Source: Gemmatimonadaceae bacterium
Lineage (GTDB): Bacteria > Gemmatimonadota > Gemmatimonadetes > Gemmatimonadales > Gemmatimonadaceae
Assembly (NCBI GenBank): GCA_033763905.1
Contig: JANRJP010000094.1
Span: forward strand, 1-42,472
Direction: 5' to 3'
DNA: 42,472 bases
Shown here: positions 41,973 through 42,472 of the stretch, piece after piece
Layout: every line of letters starts with the position of its first letter
Numbering within the stretch: the stretch's first letter is position 1
Notes under the pieces: model-generated
Told to the model about the DNA's origin: nothing
Databases searched by the model: none
What the model saw: only the letters and a program-made list of their open reading frames with translations
Made by a program: the position numbers and the translations under genes

Positions 41973-42472
41973 TTCTCGAATTCCTGATCGCCGGCGGGTC
42001 GCGTGATGGCGACCGTGAGCTGCTCGATCAGGCGGTGATCAAGATCGGGCGTCACCCGTTGTCGGATCTGCGCTTCGACGCCGAGCGCGACCGTGATGTC
42101 TCGGCCCGTCACGCCGAAGTCCGCGTCGAGGATGGTCGCGCCCTGCTGGTGGATCTCGGATCGACCAACGGCACGTTCGTGAACGGCAAGCGCATCACCG
42201 CGCCGACCACGCTCGCGACCGGTGACGTGATTGGCTTCGGGCCCGACGGCCCGAAGGCCACGGTGTCGGTCGGTGAGACCTGGGCGTCGCGCGCCTCGAC
42301 GCCGGTCGCCAAGCGCCCAACGCCCGAGACGCACGTGTCGGGGCCGGTGCACGCGACCGACGCGCACCCCGTGCCGCCGGTAAAGCCCGCCGCGGCCACG
42401 CAGGAACGCGTGCGAGTGGCTGTGAAGCAGGAAACGCGGAAGCTGACGTGGATCTTCGGCGGCGCGGTCGCG
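41969..42472 (+). CDS. FHA domain-containing protein (3' end outside window)
   Basis: Manual translation from GTG at 41969: IKIGRHPLSDLRFD...VSARHAEV...DLGSTNGTFVNG...GDVIGFG, then a linker and the start of a TM. Confidence 0.85.
   Translation, partial: MILEFLIAGGSRDGDRELLDQAVIKIGRHPLSDLRFDAERDRDVSARHAEVRVEDGRALLVDLGSTNGTFVNGKRITAPTTLATGDVIGFGPDGPKATVSVGETWASRASTPVAKRPTPETHVSGPVHATDAHPVPPVKPAAATQERVRVAVKQETRKLTWIFGGAVA

Noticed and set aside
1..42472. CRISPR arrays, tRNA/rRNA, IS elements, prophage
   Set aside because: No regularly spaced repeats, cloverleaf or rRNA signatures, or transposase, integrase or phage structural motifs seen. Almost all sequence is accounted for by CDSs.

Overview
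GC-rich bacterial chromosomal segment. Gene content and order suggest Gemmatimonadota, which is an inference. It is densely coding, with about 36 genes. I saw no rRNA, tRNA, CRISPR array, transposase or integrase. Left to right: (1) yihY- and ytxH-like genes. (2) A tal-pyk-(PhnP-like MBL)-pgi-fba sugar-phosphate operon. (3) A signalling-to-polysaccharide module: a hybrid His kinase, an Hpt/REC/degenerate-GGDEF/REC protein, a membrane HEAT-repeat protein, a processive GT2 and a single-domain receiver. (4) DUF2911, a SET methyltransferase, the TIGR03546/TIGR03545 pair, and an internally duplicated 1137-aa CPBP protease. (5) An alpha/beta hydrolase, YfiT/DinB, DUF481, an orphan Pycsar-type (DUF5706) membrane effector, DUF4440 and FrnE/DsbA. 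(6) gluQ-xdhC-mocA-S10 peptidase and a duplicated-domain lipoprotein. (7) Two different class II (B12) ribonucleotide reductases in tandem, one a monomeric type carrying an ATP-cone, whose leaders share a sequence and hairpin motif. (8) An amidase divergent from an FHA-Ser/Thr kinase-PP2C-FHA operon. The best candidates for undescribed biology are the tandem RNR locus with its shared leader element, the phosphorelay-HEAT-GT2 module and the orphan Pycsar effector. All family calls come from motif recognition by eye; no searches were run.
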